Assembly: GCA_965249725.1 (NCBI GenBank)
Contig: CBDFMQ010000002.1
Location: forward strand, 2,368,001-2,432,000
Length of the DNA: 64,000 bases
From: Longimicrobiales bacterium
Lineage (GTDB): Bacteria; Gemmatimonadota; Gemmatimonadetes; Longimicrobiales; Gaopeijiaceae
Reading direction: 5' to 3'
Shown one piece after another: positions 39,987 through 51,008 of the stretch. Position 1 is the first letter of the stretch, and every line of letters begins with the position of its first letter. The notes below the pieces were generated by a model that did not search any database, had not been told where the DNA came from, and was given only the letters and a program-made list of their open reading frames with translations. Both the position numbers and the translations under genes were made by a program.

Positions 39987-40019
39987 TTGTACTGTGCAGT
40001 ATTATATGAAACAGTACAA
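39987..40019. promoter_or_regulatory. inverted repeat flanking a TATAAT box upstream of padR
   Basis: TTGTACTGT-N15-ACAGTACAA; minus-strand TATAAT at 40006-40001. Confidence 0.65.
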
Positions 40020-40074
40020 TAGAGAAACCCCGAGGACAAGTACCGAGGAACCTCCTGGGGATGCGCTGGCCGGA

Positions 40075-42021
40075 TCACCCCGGCTGCGGCGTCAGCAACT
40101 CCCCGGTAGACCGCGCCAACCCCAGCAGCTCGTCCACCTCACGATGACCGGCGAGCAAGTGGTCGATGTCATCGGACAACTCCTGAGCGGAGTTGAGGTC
40201 CATCGTCAGGCTCTCGACGCTACCGGCCCCGCCGTGCAACCGTAGCAGGCCGAGACGGATCTTCTCGAGCGCAGAGACGGCCTCGGTCATACGACTCTGG
40301 GCCACGTCGCGCGTCGCCTCCAGGTCGGTGCGCAGGCTGGCGCGCTCCTCGGTGCCCACCCTAACCGGGTCGTCACCGATCTCGGCGAGCACCCCGTTCA
40401 GCTCGTCGACCTGGCGGCGCATCTCCTGAGCATCCACCTCTAGCTTCTGGATTATCTCGGGCAGACCCTGGAGCTCCCGCTTCGTGGCCTTGGGTAGCTC
40501 CTCGAAGAGGCGATCGGCCGCGATCCCGATGGCCATCTCGGTCGGTCGGTGAGCACCTCCACGGGACAACAAGCGCTTCTCGAGGCCTAGGCCGCCCAGC
40601 TTGAACAGCCATTTGCCAACCTTCCGCTTGAGGAGGCCCAGCCACCATTCGCCTATGGCGTCTCGTCTACGCTTGTTGCGAGCCGCTTTGAAGATGCTCG
40701 ACCAGACGGCGATTTCGACGGAGAAGACTGGAATCAGGTCCAGAGACTGCGGCGCACCCAGGATGAGGGCCGGAATGGAAACCAAGCTCACCACGACCCC
40801 GGTCCAGGCGCTACGCGTCAGTACTCGGTCGACCCAGGTGATCTCCTTGCCGTACTCGAACCGGATCTCCTCGTTGCGCCGGGCGACGTCCTTCTCGAAC
40901 GCCCGTCGGACATCCTCGAAGGCGAAGCCCGCCCGAAGCAAGCGCCTGGTGTGGGTCGCGAACGAGCCCACGGGCCCGAAGGTCATGCCGAGCAGAACCA
41001 GGACGAACACCACTCCCGCCCCGATTCCCCAGGCTGCCGAGAATGCGCCACCCTCGACGCCTATCACGAGCGAAATCCAGGCGAGCGGTGCCGACAACCA
41101 CATGATGAGCATCATCGGCACGCCGGTCACCAACTCGCGGATCTGCTTCATGAAGACCCGCACGGGGATGGGTAGCTGGCGCTCCACATCGGTACCCTCC
41201 CCGATCGCCTCCGCCAGCATCGCGCCGTCGGCGTATCGGTCCTCGGGGCGCTTCCGCAGACACCGGTCGATGGCCTTTGCCACCTCGGTCGGCACCTCCT
41301 GCGCAACGGAGGCGACCGGAGGTGCGGGCTCGGTCAGGTGCCTGGTGAGCAAGGCCGTCGCGTCGGAGCCCTCGAACGGAAAACGACCAGTGAGGGCATA
41401 GAAGCCCACGATGCCAAGCGAATAGAGGTCGCTCCGGGCGTCCACCTCCTCGCCGCTCGCCTGCTCGGGACTGATGAACTCCGCCGTGCCGAGTATTCCG
41501 GTATCGGCTGCGGTGCCCGGCTCCTGACCTACGTGCGCGATCCCGAAGTCGGTCACAAGGGCGCGGCCGCTCCCCTTCTCCAGCAGGATGTTGTCCGGCT
41601 TGACGTCCCGGTGCACCACACCTTCGGCATGCGCATAAGCCAGCGCCCACGCCACTTCTTGGAGCACCGTCACCGCCTGATGGCTGGGCAACGGGCCCCG
41701 ACCGCGAATCCTCTCGCCCAGCGTGCCGCCGTCGATGTACGCCATGACGAAGAAAACGAAGTCGTCGACCTCGTCCACCGAGTAGATGGGCACGACGTTT
41801 GGGTGGGACAGCTTGGCCGCGGTCCGGGCCTCCCGCAGGAAGCGCTCCCGCAGCGCCGGCTGAGCGGCCATGGTTGGGGGTAGGAGCTTCAGCGCGACCG
41901 GTCGGTCCAGTGCGACCTCGTGCGCCAGGTAGACGATGCCCATCCCACCACGGCCGATCTCACTCTCGAGAGAGTAGCGACCTAACAGCGCCTCTTGCAG
42001 CGCAAGGAACTCAGAATCCAT
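40075..42021 (-). CDS. Hanks-type Ser/Thr kinase with TM helices and C-terminal coiled coil
   Basis: GRGGMGIVY, VALK, HRDVKPDN, DFG, SPEQ, DLYSLG; start 42021 or 42033. Confidence 0.92.
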   Translation of the reverse strand: MDSEFLALQEALLGRYSLESEIGRGGMGIVYLAHEVALDRPVALKLLPPTMAAQPALRERFLREARTAAKLSHPNVVPIYSVDEVDDFVFFVMAYIDGGTLGERIRGRGPLPSHQAVTVLQEVAWALAYAHAEGVVHRDVKPDNILLEKGSGRALVTDFGIAHVGQEPGTAADTGILGTAEFISPEQASGEEVDARSDLYSLGIVGFYALTGRFPFEGSDATALLTRHLTEPAPPVASVAQEVPTEVAKAIDRCLRKRPEDRYADGAMLAEAIGEGTDVERQLPIPVRVFMKQIRELVTGVPMMLIMWLSAPLAWISLVIGVEGGAFSAAWGIGAGVVFVLVLLGMTFGPVGSFATHTRRLLRAGFAFEDVRRAFEKDVARRNEEIRFEYGKEITWVDRVLTRSAWTGVVVSLVSIPALILGAPQSLDLIPVFSVEIAVWSSIFKAARNKRRRDAIGEWWLGLLKRKVGKWLFKLGGLGLEKRLLSRGGAHRPTEMAIGIAADRLFEELPKATKRELQGLPEIIQKLEVDAQEMRRQVDELNGVLAEIGDDPVRVGTEERASLRTDLEATRDVAQSRMTEAVSALEKIRLGLLRLHGGAGSVESLTMDLNSAQELSDDIDHLLAGHREVDELLGLARSTGELLTPQPG

Positions 42022-42153
42022 CGGGCCAGGCATAGTCCACGATGCGTCGTGGTTGTGGGAGCGGCAAGCAGATCGCGTCCCGTGACCGGTTGTGGAATGG
42101 CAGGCCACCCCACCGCGCTCCGGCTGCGCCTGCGTACCGAACGCCTAATTGCG

Positions 42154-42177
42154 ACGGGCCCCCCGAAGGAGGCCCGC
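42154..42177 (-). terminator. hairpin with UUCG loop downstream of the PQQ dehydrogenase gene
   Basis: Minus strand GCGGGCCTCC-TTCG-GGGGGCCCGT; weak U-tract. Confidence 0.5.
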
Positions 42178-42204
42178 GCTTGTCCTTGAATCCCTCTCTG
42201 ACCG

Positions 42205-44277
42205 CTAGGGCAACGCCATCGCGGCCAGCCCGTCCGAGAGCTGGACCATCACGTACTGTTTGCCTTCGTGCACCCAGCTCGACATGCCGTAGCGGGTCGC
42301 ACCTGGGATGTCGATCGCCCCGAGTCGCTCACCCGAGTGTTTGTCGATGGCATAAAGCTGCGGTGTCCCTTCGCTGCTCGTACCCGACAGCAGAAGCAGC
42401 GTGGGCGTTGCGACCATGACCGCATGTCCTCTCCGTCCCGGGTTCGTCGGAACTCCCTCGACGCCCTGAAGCAGCGGATGGTTCCGGATCATCTCCTGCT
42501 CGGACTCCGGCGCGTCGCCGTTGGGGATCACCCACAGATGCTCACCCGTGTTCATGTCAATCGCCGTGATCCGTCCCACGGGTCCCTTCCAGATGGAGAG
42601 GCCGTCGAGCTTGGCCAGGTCGGGGCGCGGCCCACGCAAATCCGGCTCATTCGCCCAGTCGGAGCGGGTCGTTCCAGTCTGCTTGTTGGCGTCCAGCGAG
42701 GACTCTCCTCCAGGCACCAGGCCCACCGTAGAACACCCGCTGCTCGATGCGATGAACAGAATGCCCTCCCCCGGATCGGCCACGGCCGGGCTGTAGATAT
42801 TCGCGCCGCCGCCACCACCCGGGCAGATGAGCGCGGGTGGGTCGCCGCCCCCCACGTGGGTGGGCGGATTGAAGAAGGGCACGAAGAAGTCATTCTCTTC
42901 CGCGTACTCGAACGCCGCCCGCTTGATCTCGGGTGTGTAGTCGATCAGGTCCCCTTCGGTCCTCCCTTGGAGGTCGAACGGGGCTGGCTTGGTCGGGAAC
43001 GGCTGTGTGGCGGCGAGCTTCTCGCCCGGCACCTTGGACTGCGGCACCGGCGTGTCGACGAAGGGCCAGATGGGTTCGCCCGTTTCACGGTTGTACGAAT
43101 ACACGAACGACTGCTTGGTAATCTGGAAGATCCCCGGGATCGTCTCGCCATTCACGTTCACGTCCATGAGGACAGGCGCGGTGGGGGTGTCGTAGTTCCA
43201 GATATCGTGTCGCACGAGCTGCTGGTGCCACGCCCGCTCACCCGTCTGAGCGTCCAGCGCGATCAGGCTGGTGCTGAAGAGGTTGTCGCCCGGATGGAAG
43301 CCACCGTAGTAGTCGATGGTGGCGCCGTTGGTCGGGATGTAGACCAGCCCACGTTCGAGGTCGGCGGAGATAGGGGCCCACGACGAGACGTCACCGGTGT
43401 ACTTCCACGCGTCGTTCTCCCAGGTCTCGTGACCGAACTCGCCGGGCTTCGGGATGATGTGGAACTTCCACTTCATGTTTCCGGTCCGGGCGTCGAAGGC
43501 GAGGATATCGCCCGGGACCATCTCGACACGGGACTGATAGTAGCCCTGCTCGGCGGAATTCCCCACCACGACAACGTCATCGACCACGATCGGCGGAGAC
43601 GATGACGTGATGTAGCCCAACTCGAGCGGGATTCCCTCGTCCGGATCGTACGGCTTGTTGTTCTCGAACCACGGGCCCCAGTCCTCGACCAAGGGCGGAA
43701 TCAAGTCGACGACGCCGGTCGTCGGGAATCCCTCGAGCGGCACGGGGGAGCCCCAGTTCTCGAGGGGCTGTCCGGTCTCCGCGTCCAATGCGTGTAGGAA
43801 GAACGCAGGGCTGATGATGAAGACCACGCCTCTCCCATCGATCTCCGCGTAGGAGATTCCCTTTCCGTAGCCCTTCCGCATGGAGTATTCGTAGCGTGCC
43901 GTCTTCGGCTCGGAGTAACTCCAGAGGAGCTCACCCGTCGCGGGATCGAGCGCCACCACGTGTCGCCGGTCGCCCGTGACCGTGATCAGCTTGCCGTCCA
44001 CGTAGGTCGGCGTCGCGCGCGGGGTGCTCGGACCGAAGCTCGATGCGTCCCACTGCCACGCCACCTCGAGGTCCTCGAAGTTCGAAGCGTTGATCTGATC
44101 CGACGGCTGGTAGCGTGTGTGACCGGCGTCCCCGCCGAGGTAGGTCCACTGGCCGTCTTCCACGCCGGGGCCTTGAGCCCGTAGGGACATCGGCGACGAG
44201 AACACGAACCCCAACGCGGTCAGCGTCAGGAGGGCGAAAGAGAGCCTAGAAGACCGGTGACGGGCTTCGTTCCCCAT
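42205..44277 (-). CDS. PQQ-dependent glucose/quinate dehydrogenase-like beta-propeller protein
   Basis: Signal peptide, DQINASN, ALDPATGELLW, DYYGG, HDIWNYD, GKQYV; start set at ATG 44277. Confidence 0.88.
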   Translation of the reverse strand: MGNEARHRSSRLSFALLTLTALGFVFSSPMSLRAQGPGVEDGQWTYLGGDAGHTRYQPSDQINASNFEDLEVAWQWDASSFGPSTPRATPTYVDGKLITVTGDRRHVVALDPATGELLWSYSEPKTARYEYSMRKGYGKGISYAEIDGRGVVFIISPAFFLHALDAETGQPLENWGSPVPLEGFPTTGVVDLIPPLVEDWGPWFENNKPYDPDEGIPLELGYITSSSPPIVVDDVVVVGNSAEQGYYQSRVEMVPGDILAFDARTGNMKWKFHIIPKPGEFGHETWENDAWKYTGDVSSWAPISADLERGLVYIPTNGATIDYYGGFHPGDNLFSTSLIALDAQTGERAWHQQLVRHDIWNYDTPTAPVLMDVNVNGETIPGIFQITKQSFVYSYNRETGEPIWPFVDTPVPQSKVPGEKLAATQPFPTKPAPFDLQGRTEGDLIDYTPEIKRAAFEYAEENDFFVPFFNPPTHVGGGDPPALICPGGGGGANIYSPAVADPGEGILFIASSSGCSTVGLVPGGESSLDANKQTGTTRSDWANEPDLRGPRPDLAKLDGLSIWKGPVGRITAIDMNTGEHLWVIPNGDAPESEQEMIRNHPLLQGVEGVPTNPGRRGHAVMVATPTLLLLSGTSSEGTPQLYAIDKHSGERLGAIDIPGATRYGMSSWVHEGKQYVMVQLSDGLAAMALP

Positions 44278-44428
44278 GATGGCATTCCTTCTCGAGTGCG
44301 AAAGGTCTTGCGAGATCCCAACGGCTGAGCGCGGCAGACGGATCCGGGCAGCAGAATACTGGGGGATGGCGAGTTTGGGCAACTCGGGGAGACGGATGAA
44401 GGGGAGCGGCACCGCACTGGGGGATGGT

Positions 44429-45505
44429 CTACCCCACCACCATCGCATCGCCGTACGAGTAGAACCGGTACCCCTCCTGGACCGCCGCTCCATACGCCTC
44501 CATCACCCGCTCGTAGCCGCCGAACGCGGCGACCAGCATCAGGAGCGTCGACCGCGGCAGGTGGAAGTTCGTCACGAGTCCGTCCACCACCTGAAACGCG
44601 AAGCCCGGGCGTACGAACAGGTCCGTCGCCCCCGCCCCTGCCTGCACGACCCCTGAGCGACCCGCACTCTCGAGCGTGCGAACCACGGTCGTGCCGACCG
44701 CCCAGATCCTACGGCCGTCCTCGCGCGCGGCGTTGATCGCCTCCGCAGCCTCGCCGGACACGAAGTAGGACTCGGCATGCATCTCGTGATCGGCCGGGTC
44801 GTCCACCTCGACGGGGCGAAACGTCCCCACCCCCACGTCCAAGGTGACCGCCACCCGATGCACTCCCTTCGCGGCGATCGCGTTGAGCAGCTCGGGGGTG
44901 AAGTGCAGCCCCGCCGTCGGGGCGGCGACCGACCCGGGCACCCGGGCGTACACGGTCTGATAGCGCTCGCGGTCCAGCGGTTCGTCCTCCCGCTCCAGAT
45001 AGGGCGGCAGCGGCACATGCCCGTGCTTCTCCAGCGCCTCCCGCACCGACCCCTCTACCACGAGCCGCACGATCCGCCCGCCTCCCGGCGCCCCGTCCAC
45101 GATCTCGACGTCGAAGCCCGGCGCAATGTTCACCACACGGCCCGGCTTGAGTTTGCCACCGGGGCGCACCAGCGCCTCCCAGATGGTGGTCTCGTCGGCC
45201 TGCGGATCCAGCGCGGAGGCGGGCCCGCCCCCACCCCACGGCCGCAGAAGCAGGATCTCGGACGGTGCTCCGGTGGGCTTTCGGCCAAGAAGCCGCGCGG
45301 GAGCCACGCGGCTCTCGTTCACCACAAGCACGTCGCCGGAATCGAGCAGATCGACCAAGTCGGAGAACACCTGGTGCCGAAACGGCCCGCCGTCCCGCGG
45401 CACCACCAACAGTCGGCTCAGGTCCCGCCGCTTAGCTGGATATCGGGCGATCTGCCCGGCGGGAAGGTCGTACTCATAGTCGGAGACGTGCGTCCCGTCC
45501 TTCAC
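44429..45505 (-). CDS. queA: S-adenosylmethionine:tRNA ribosyltransferase-isomerase
   Basis: PLPPYL, RYQTVYA, AAPTAGLHFT, VGTTVVRTLES, TNFHLPRSTL, YRFYSYGDAM; start GTG 45505. Confidence 0.97.
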   Translation of the reverse strand: MKDGTHVSDYEYDLPAGQIARYPAKRRDLSRLLVVPRDGGPFRHQVFSDLVDLLDSGDVLVVNESRVAPARLLGRKPTGAPSEILLLRPWGGGGPASALDPQADETTIWEALVRPGGKLKPGRVVNIAPGFDVEIVDGAPGGGRIVRLVVEGSVREALEKHGHVPLPPYLEREDEPLDRERYQTVYARVPGSVAAPTAGLHFTPELLNAIAAKGVHRVAVTLDVGVGTFRPVEVDDPADHEMHAESYFVSGEAAEAINAAREDGRRIWAVGTTVVRTLESAGRSGVVQAGAGATDLFVRPGFAFQVVDGLVTNFHLPRSTLLMLVAAFGGYERVMEAYGAAVQEGYRFYSYGDAMVVG

Positions 45506-45616
45506 ACGATCCCCTATGCTCCACATCACCGGCCTCCGTCCCGTCCCGAAGCAGCATCGAAGCGCCCCCGCGTTTCCGCGGAAACGTGCGTCCACCCTTT
45601 CACCACTCCCCCAAAC

Positions 45617-46660
45617 CTATTCGAACAGAGAGGACTGCCCGCCCCCTGCTTCACCCTCCTTCGGCGCCTCGTACCCGAACCTCTTGTATGCCCGCAACGT
45701 GGCCACGCGCCCGCGTGGCGTCCGCTGGATGAACCCTTCCTGAATCAGGAACGGCTCGTAGACCTCCTCCAGCGTCGAGACGTCTTCGCCCAACGCGACC
45801 GCCAGCGTCTGCAGCCCTACCGGCCCGCCCTCGAATTTCTCGATGAGCGTCTTGAGCACCCGCCCGTCCATCTCGTCGAGCCCGTACTGATCCACCTCGA
45901 GCATCTCGAGGGCATCTTCGGCGACCTTTGCGTTGATGATCCCCTCGGCCCTCACCTGCGCGAAATCCCGCACGCGCCGGAGCAGCCGGTTGGCGACCCG
46001 CGGAGTGCCGCGCGCCCGACGCGCCAGGATCTCGGCGCCTTCCGTCGAACACTCGATTCCGAGGATCTCCGAGCTGCGGGCCACGATCACGGCCAGTTCC
46101 TCGGGCGGATAGAAGTTCAGGCGTTGGATGATGCCGAAGCGGGCCCGCATCGGGGCTGTGAGAAGGCCGAAGCGCGTGGTGGCCCCCACCAGCGTGAACT
46201 TCTCGATGTCCATCGTCATGGTCTGAGCCCGGGGGCCGTCGGCCAACCGGATCTCCACCCGGTAGTCTTCCATGGCGGGATACAGAAACTCCTCGATGAT
46301 GGGCCGGAGCCGATGGATCTCATCGATGAAGATGACGTCGCCTTCCTGCTGGTTCGTGAGCATGCCCACCAGGTCGGCGGGCTTCTCCAGAACGGGGCCG
46401 GACGTGCCCTTGAAGCTCACGCCCATCTCACGCGCGATGAGCGAAGCGAGCGTGGTCTTGCCCAACCCGGGCGGGCCATGGAAGAGCAGATGGTCCAGCG
46501 GTTCCCGGCGCTGCTTCGCGGCCTCGATGGCGATCGACAACGTCTCTCGCACCTTCTCCTGGCCGATGAACTCGTCCAGGCGGTGGGGCCGCAGGGACGG
46601 TTCGACCGTGGCGTCTTCCTGAAGCGCCTCGGGCGTCGTGATTTCGCGTCGCTCGGTCAT
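45617..46660 (-). CDS. ruvB: Holliday junction helicase RuvB
   Basis: [39 protein letters not shown]. Confidence 0.98.
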   Translation of the reverse strand: MTERREITTPEALQEDATVEPSLRPHRLDEFIGQEKVRETLSIAIEAAKQRREPLDHLLFHGPPGLGKTTLASLIAREMGVSFKGTSGPVLEKPADLVGMLTNQQEGDVIFIDEIHRLRPIIEEFLYPAMEDYRVEIRLADGPRAQTMTMDIEKFTLVGATTRFGLLTAPMRARFGIIQRLNFYPPEELAVIVARSSEILGIECSTEGAEILARRARGTPRVANRLLRRVRDFAQVRAEGIINAKVAEDALEMLEVDQYGLDEMDGRVLKTLIEKFEGGPVGLQTLAVALGEDVSTLEEVYEPFLIQEGFIQRTPRGRVATLRAYKRFGYEAPKEGEAGGGQSSLFE

Positions 46661-46679
46661 CTTCGGTGCGTCATTGTCG

Positions 46680-47270
46680 TCACCCCTTCGCCAACGCCCG
46701 ACGGATCAGCTCATCGGTGTTCTCGACCTCGCCCTTGGTCAAAGCCTCCCGGACCGCCGCATCGGCATCGACGAACGCATACCCCAGAGCCACCAGGGCA
46801 GCCACGGCCTCCTGGGCCCCGGGCGCCGGCCCGCCCGGCTCGCCCTCTGACCCGATGGCCAGGTCCTCAACCTTGTCGGAGAGCTCGAGGATGATGCGTT
46901 CGGCGGTCTTCTTCCCCACCCCGCTCACCTGCGTGAGCGCGTGGATATCCTTCTCGGCCAGGGCCTTCGCGAGCCGGCGGGCCGAATAGGTCGAGAGCAT
47001 GGCCAACGCCATGCTCGGCCCCACACCCTTGGCACCGAGGAGCCGTGCGAACAGCTCGCGTTCATACGGCTCCAGGAAGCCGTACAGCGTCAGCGAGTCC
47101 TCCCGCACCACCTGCAGCGTTCGGATCTCGAAGTCGTCGGCCGGCGGCTTCGGCAGCCGCTCCAGGATCGAGAGTGGGATCTGCACCTCGTAGACCACGC
47201 CTCCGGGGGTCTCGAGCTCGATGTGGTCGAGCTCACGGGTCACGAGCGTTCCCTTGAGGCGGCTGATCAT
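46680..47270 (-). CDS. ruvA: Holliday junction binding protein RuvA
   Basis: [33 protein letters not shown]. Confidence 0.97.
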   Translation of the reverse strand: MISRLKGTLVTRELDHIELETPGGVVYEVQIPLSILERLPKPPADDFEIRTLQVVREDSLTLYGFLEPYERELFARLLGAKGVGPSMALAMLSTYSARRLAKALAEKDIHALTQVSGVGKKTAERIILELSDKVEDLAIGSEGEPGGPAPGAQEAVAALVALGYAFVDADAAVREALTKGEVENTDELIRRALAKG

Positions 47271-47280
47271 GAGCGCACCC

Positions 47281-47772
47281 TCAAACCCTCAGCGCTCCCA
47301 TCACACAGTAGCACAGCGCCGCGGCCACACCATCCGCCGCGTCGGACGGCGAAGGAGCCGTCTTGAGCCGGAGCTGCTGCTGCACCATGAAGCTCACCTG
47401 GTCCTTGGTTGCGTTCCCGTTTCCCACCACGGCCTTCTTGATCTCGCGGGGCGTGTACTCGGCGATCTGAATCTCTCGGAGTGCACCGGCCAGGAGAATA
47501 GCGCCACGGGCGTGTCCCAGCGTTAAGGCGCTCTTCACATTCTTCCCCTGAAAGACGTCCTCGACCACCATGACCCCGGGATGATGGCGGTCGATGAGGT
47601 CACAGACCTCGTTGAAGATCTCCATGATGCGGTATGCCAGCGGTTGCCCCGCCGAGGTCCTCACCACCCCGCACTCCACCAACGAGACGGCGCCGCCGCC
47701 CGTCTTGGCGACAACGCCGTAGCCGGTCACGGCGGTGCCCGGATCGATTCCCAGTATCAGCTCGGAGTCCAC
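47281..47772 (-). CDS. ruvC: crossover junction endodeoxyribonuclease RuvC
   Basis: ILGIDPG, VEDVF, HARG, GNGNATKDQV, DAADG. Confidence 0.97.
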   Translation of the reverse strand: MDSELILGIDPGTAVTGYGVVAKTGGGAVSLVECGVVRTSAGQPLAYRIMEIFNEVCDLIDRHHPGVMVVEDVFQGKNVKSALTLGHARGAILLAGALREIQIAEYTPREIKKAVVGNGNATKDQVSFMVQQQLRLKTAPSPSDAADGVAAALCYCVMGALRV

Positions 47773-47783
47773 CTAGTGGCGTC

Positions 47784-48533
<750 letters not shown>

Positions 48534-48593
48534 CTGCACTCCTCCCGATGCGTTCCAGATGTTGGGTCGCTATAAAAGTAAACGCCTGTCCAC

Positions 48594-48736
48594 CGGGCGG
48601 GGGCCCCTTCCCGCTGCAGCGACAGTTGGAATCGCCTACTCCGCCAGCTCGGCTAGCTATGCAGTACCCCGTCCCTCGCGCAGCAAACACCACCGCGGTG
48701 ATTCCTGTCGTCGCAGCGGGAACGGGGCCCCGCCCG
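48594..48736. repeat. long imperfect inverted repeat (about 40-bp arms, 60-nt spacer)
   Basis: Left arm 48594-48636 pairs with right arm 48697-48736. Confidence 0.85.
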
Positions 48737-48737
48737 C

Positions 48738-50837
48738 CTAATGCGCCTCTTCCGCCTCTTTCGTCGCGGCGATCACCTTCGGTACCTCGTGCGCGGGCAC
48801 GGGCTCATAGCTGGAGAACGTCCGTGTGTGATGAGCCCTACCCTGCGTGATCGCACGCAGGGACGTGGCGTACTTGTACAGCTCCGACTCGGGCACCAGC
48901 GCCTTCACCGTAGTGCGGCCGTTCCCGGGATCCATCCCCAGGACCTTTCCGCGACGTTGGTTCATGTCGCTCATGATGTCGCCCACATAGTCGTCGGGCG
49001 TGGTCACGGCCACCTCGACGATGGGCTCGAGGATCACCGGCCCACACTCCGCGGCCACTTTCTTGAAGGCCGCGGATCCGGCCAGCTTGAAGGCGATGTC
49101 GCTGGAGTCCACGGAGTGGTAGGAGCCGTCGTAACACTCGGCCTCGAAGTCGACCAGCTTGAATCCGGCCAGGATCCCCCTCGCCGAGGCCTCCCTGATG
49201 CCACGGTCCACGCTGGGAATGAACTTGCCGGGAATGACGCCACCCTTGATGGAGTTCTTGAACTCATAGCCCTCGCCCGAAGCGCGGGGCTTGAGACGGA
49301 TGTGGCAATCACCGAACTGACCTCGGCCACCCGACTGCTTCTTGTGTCGTCCCCGGCCCTGGGCGCCCCTCGTGATCGTCTCACGGTAGGCGATCTTCGG
49401 CTGCTCGGTCTTCACGGACACGCCGTACTTACGCTTCATGCGCTCGAGTTGAACGTCGAGATGCAGTTCTCCGAGTCCCCGAGCGATCGTCTGATGCAAT
49501 TCTGCGTCGAACTCGGCCACGAAGGTCGGATCCTCTTCGTGCAGCTTCGGGAGCACCTCGCCGAGCTTGTCTTCGTCGTGCCGCGCCGTGCCCTTGATCG
49601 CGACCGCGATTTCGGGCGTGGGTAGAGCGATCTTCTCCAGTACCACGGGGCGATCCGCCGACGCCAACGTGTCGTTCGTATGGGAGTGCTTGAGCTTGGC
49701 CACCACCCCGATATCACCGGCATGGAGCTTCGAGACCTCGAAGCGGTCCTTGCCCATGGCGATCGAGAGATGGTTGAGCTTCTCGAGGGCTCCGCTCTCC
49801 GCGTTCTTCACCTCGGCGCCGTTGGCCACGGTACCGCTCACCACGCGGAAGAAGGACAGCTCGCCCACATGGGGCTCGGCCGCCGTTTTGAAGATCAGCG
49901 CCGAGAACGTCTCGTCGTCGGAGGGTGCGAGGTGCACTTCTTCGTCCATGCCGGCCCGCTTGGCGGTCTCGCCACCGGTCTCGGCAGGGCTGGGGCACAA
50001 CTCGATGATCTTCTTGAGCAATGCCTGCATGCCGTACGAGTGCTCGGCGGAGCCACAGAAGAGTGGAATCACGTCACCACGGGCCACACCGAGCGCCATG
50101 GCTTCGATGGCCTCTTCGCGCGTGATCTTCTCTCCCTCGAGGTAGCGCTCGAGGAGGTCTTCGTTGGTCGTGGCCAGCGTCTCCTGAAGCTCGGTCTCCC
50201 ACTGCTCGAACTTCTCCTGAAGCTCTTCGGGAATGTCGGCCTCCTCGTATTCGCCCTTCTCCGTGCCCTTCTTGTAGATGTGGGCGCGCTCACTGAAGAG
50301 GTTGATGATGCCGCGGAAGTCGGCCCCCTCACCGATCGGGATCTCGACGGGGATCACCTTCTCGGTCAAGCGCGACTTGATCTCCGCGTAAACCTGGTCG
50401 AAGGAAGCGTGATCCTTGTCCATCATCGAAACGAAAAAGAACCGGGGGATGCCCCGGTCCTCGACGTACTCCCAGACGGTCTCGGTGCCCACCTCAACGC
50501 CGGAGGTGGCTCCGACGACAATGACGGCGGAGTCCGCGACGCGGACGGCAGATAGGGTCTCGCCCACGAAGTCCATGAATCCGGGGGTATCGATGAAGTT
50601 GATCTTGGTGTCCAAGTGCTCGCAGTACGCCGGCGTGCACTGAAGGGACATCTCGTGTGCGGTCTCTTCAGGAGTGAACATGCTGAGGGCATGCCCTTCG
50701 TTCACGTTCCCCTTCCGCTTCGATGTACCCGCCGTCCAACACAGCGAGTCGATGAGGCTGGTCTTGCCTGATCCGCCGTGGCCCAGGACCACCACGTTCC
50801 TGATGTTGTCCGTTGTATACTCTTTGGCGGACGCCAT
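48738..50837 (-). CDS. fusA2: elongation factor G-like protein (EF-G2 type)
   Basis: Full EF-G layout, DTPG, KKQSGGRGQFG, DGSYHSVDSS; divergent G1 GHGGSGKT, no RGITI; not in the str operon. Confidence 0.9.
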   Translation of the reverse strand: MASAKEYTTDNIRNVVVLGHGGSGKTSLIDSLCWTAGTSKRKGNVNEGHALSMFTPEETAHEMSLQCTPAYCEHLDTKINFIDTPGFMDFVGETLSAVRVADSAVIVVGATSGVEVGTETVWEYVEDRGIPRFFFVSMMDKDHASFDQVYAEIKSRLTEKVIPVEIPIGEGADFRGIINLFSERAHIYKKGTEKGEYEEADIPEELQEKFEQWETELQETLATTNEDLLERYLEGEKITREEAIEAMALGVARGDVIPLFCGSAEHSYGMQALLKKIIELCPSPAETGGETAKRAGMDEEVHLAPSDDETFSALIFKTAAEPHVGELSFFRVVSGTVANGAEVKNAESGALEKLNHLSIAMGKDRFEVSKLHAGDIGVVAKLKHSHTNDTLASADRPVVLEKIALPTPEIAVAIKGTARHDEDKLGEVLPKLHEEDPTFVAEFDAELHQTIARGLGELHLDVQLERMKRKYGVSVKTEQPKIAYRETITRGAQGRGRHKKQSGGRGQFGDCHIRLKPRASGEGYEFKNSIKGGVIPGKFIPSVDRGIREASARGILAGFKLVDFEAECYDGSYHSVDSSDIAFKLAGSAAFKKVAAECGPVILEPIVEVAVTTPDDYVGDIMSDMNQRRGKVLGMDPGNGRTTVKALVPESELYKYATSLRAITQGRAHHTRTFSSYEPVPAHEVPKVIAATKEAEEAH

Positions 50838-50967
50838 GAACACCTCCTATTCTGTATCTTGTGCGTTCAGCTAGTCGTCTGTTTTAGCGGACGATGATTG
50901 TAGGCCGGAGGGCCTGACTCGTCCAGACTGAACTCGCCCGGCGGGGGTGGGACCGAATGGTGCAACC

Positions 50968-50986
50968 GGTCTCGGGGGACGAGACC
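50968..50986. terminator. short hairpin downstream of rhomboid gene
   Basis: GGTCTCG-GGGGA-CGAGACC. Confidence 0.35.
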
Positions 50987-51008
50987 TCAATGATCGGGCG
51001 GAGCCCGT

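Noticed and set aside
44777..46894. 705-aa plus-strand ORF, and similar long antisense ORFs (4511-5839, 37435-39204, 42268-43605)
   Set aside because: They shadow well-supported minus-strand genes; expected from high-GC codon bias; no recognisable motifs
48594..48736. 6S RNA
   Set aside because: Lacks an evident central bubble plus long terminal stem and is shorter than typical 6S; not excluded without an Infernal search
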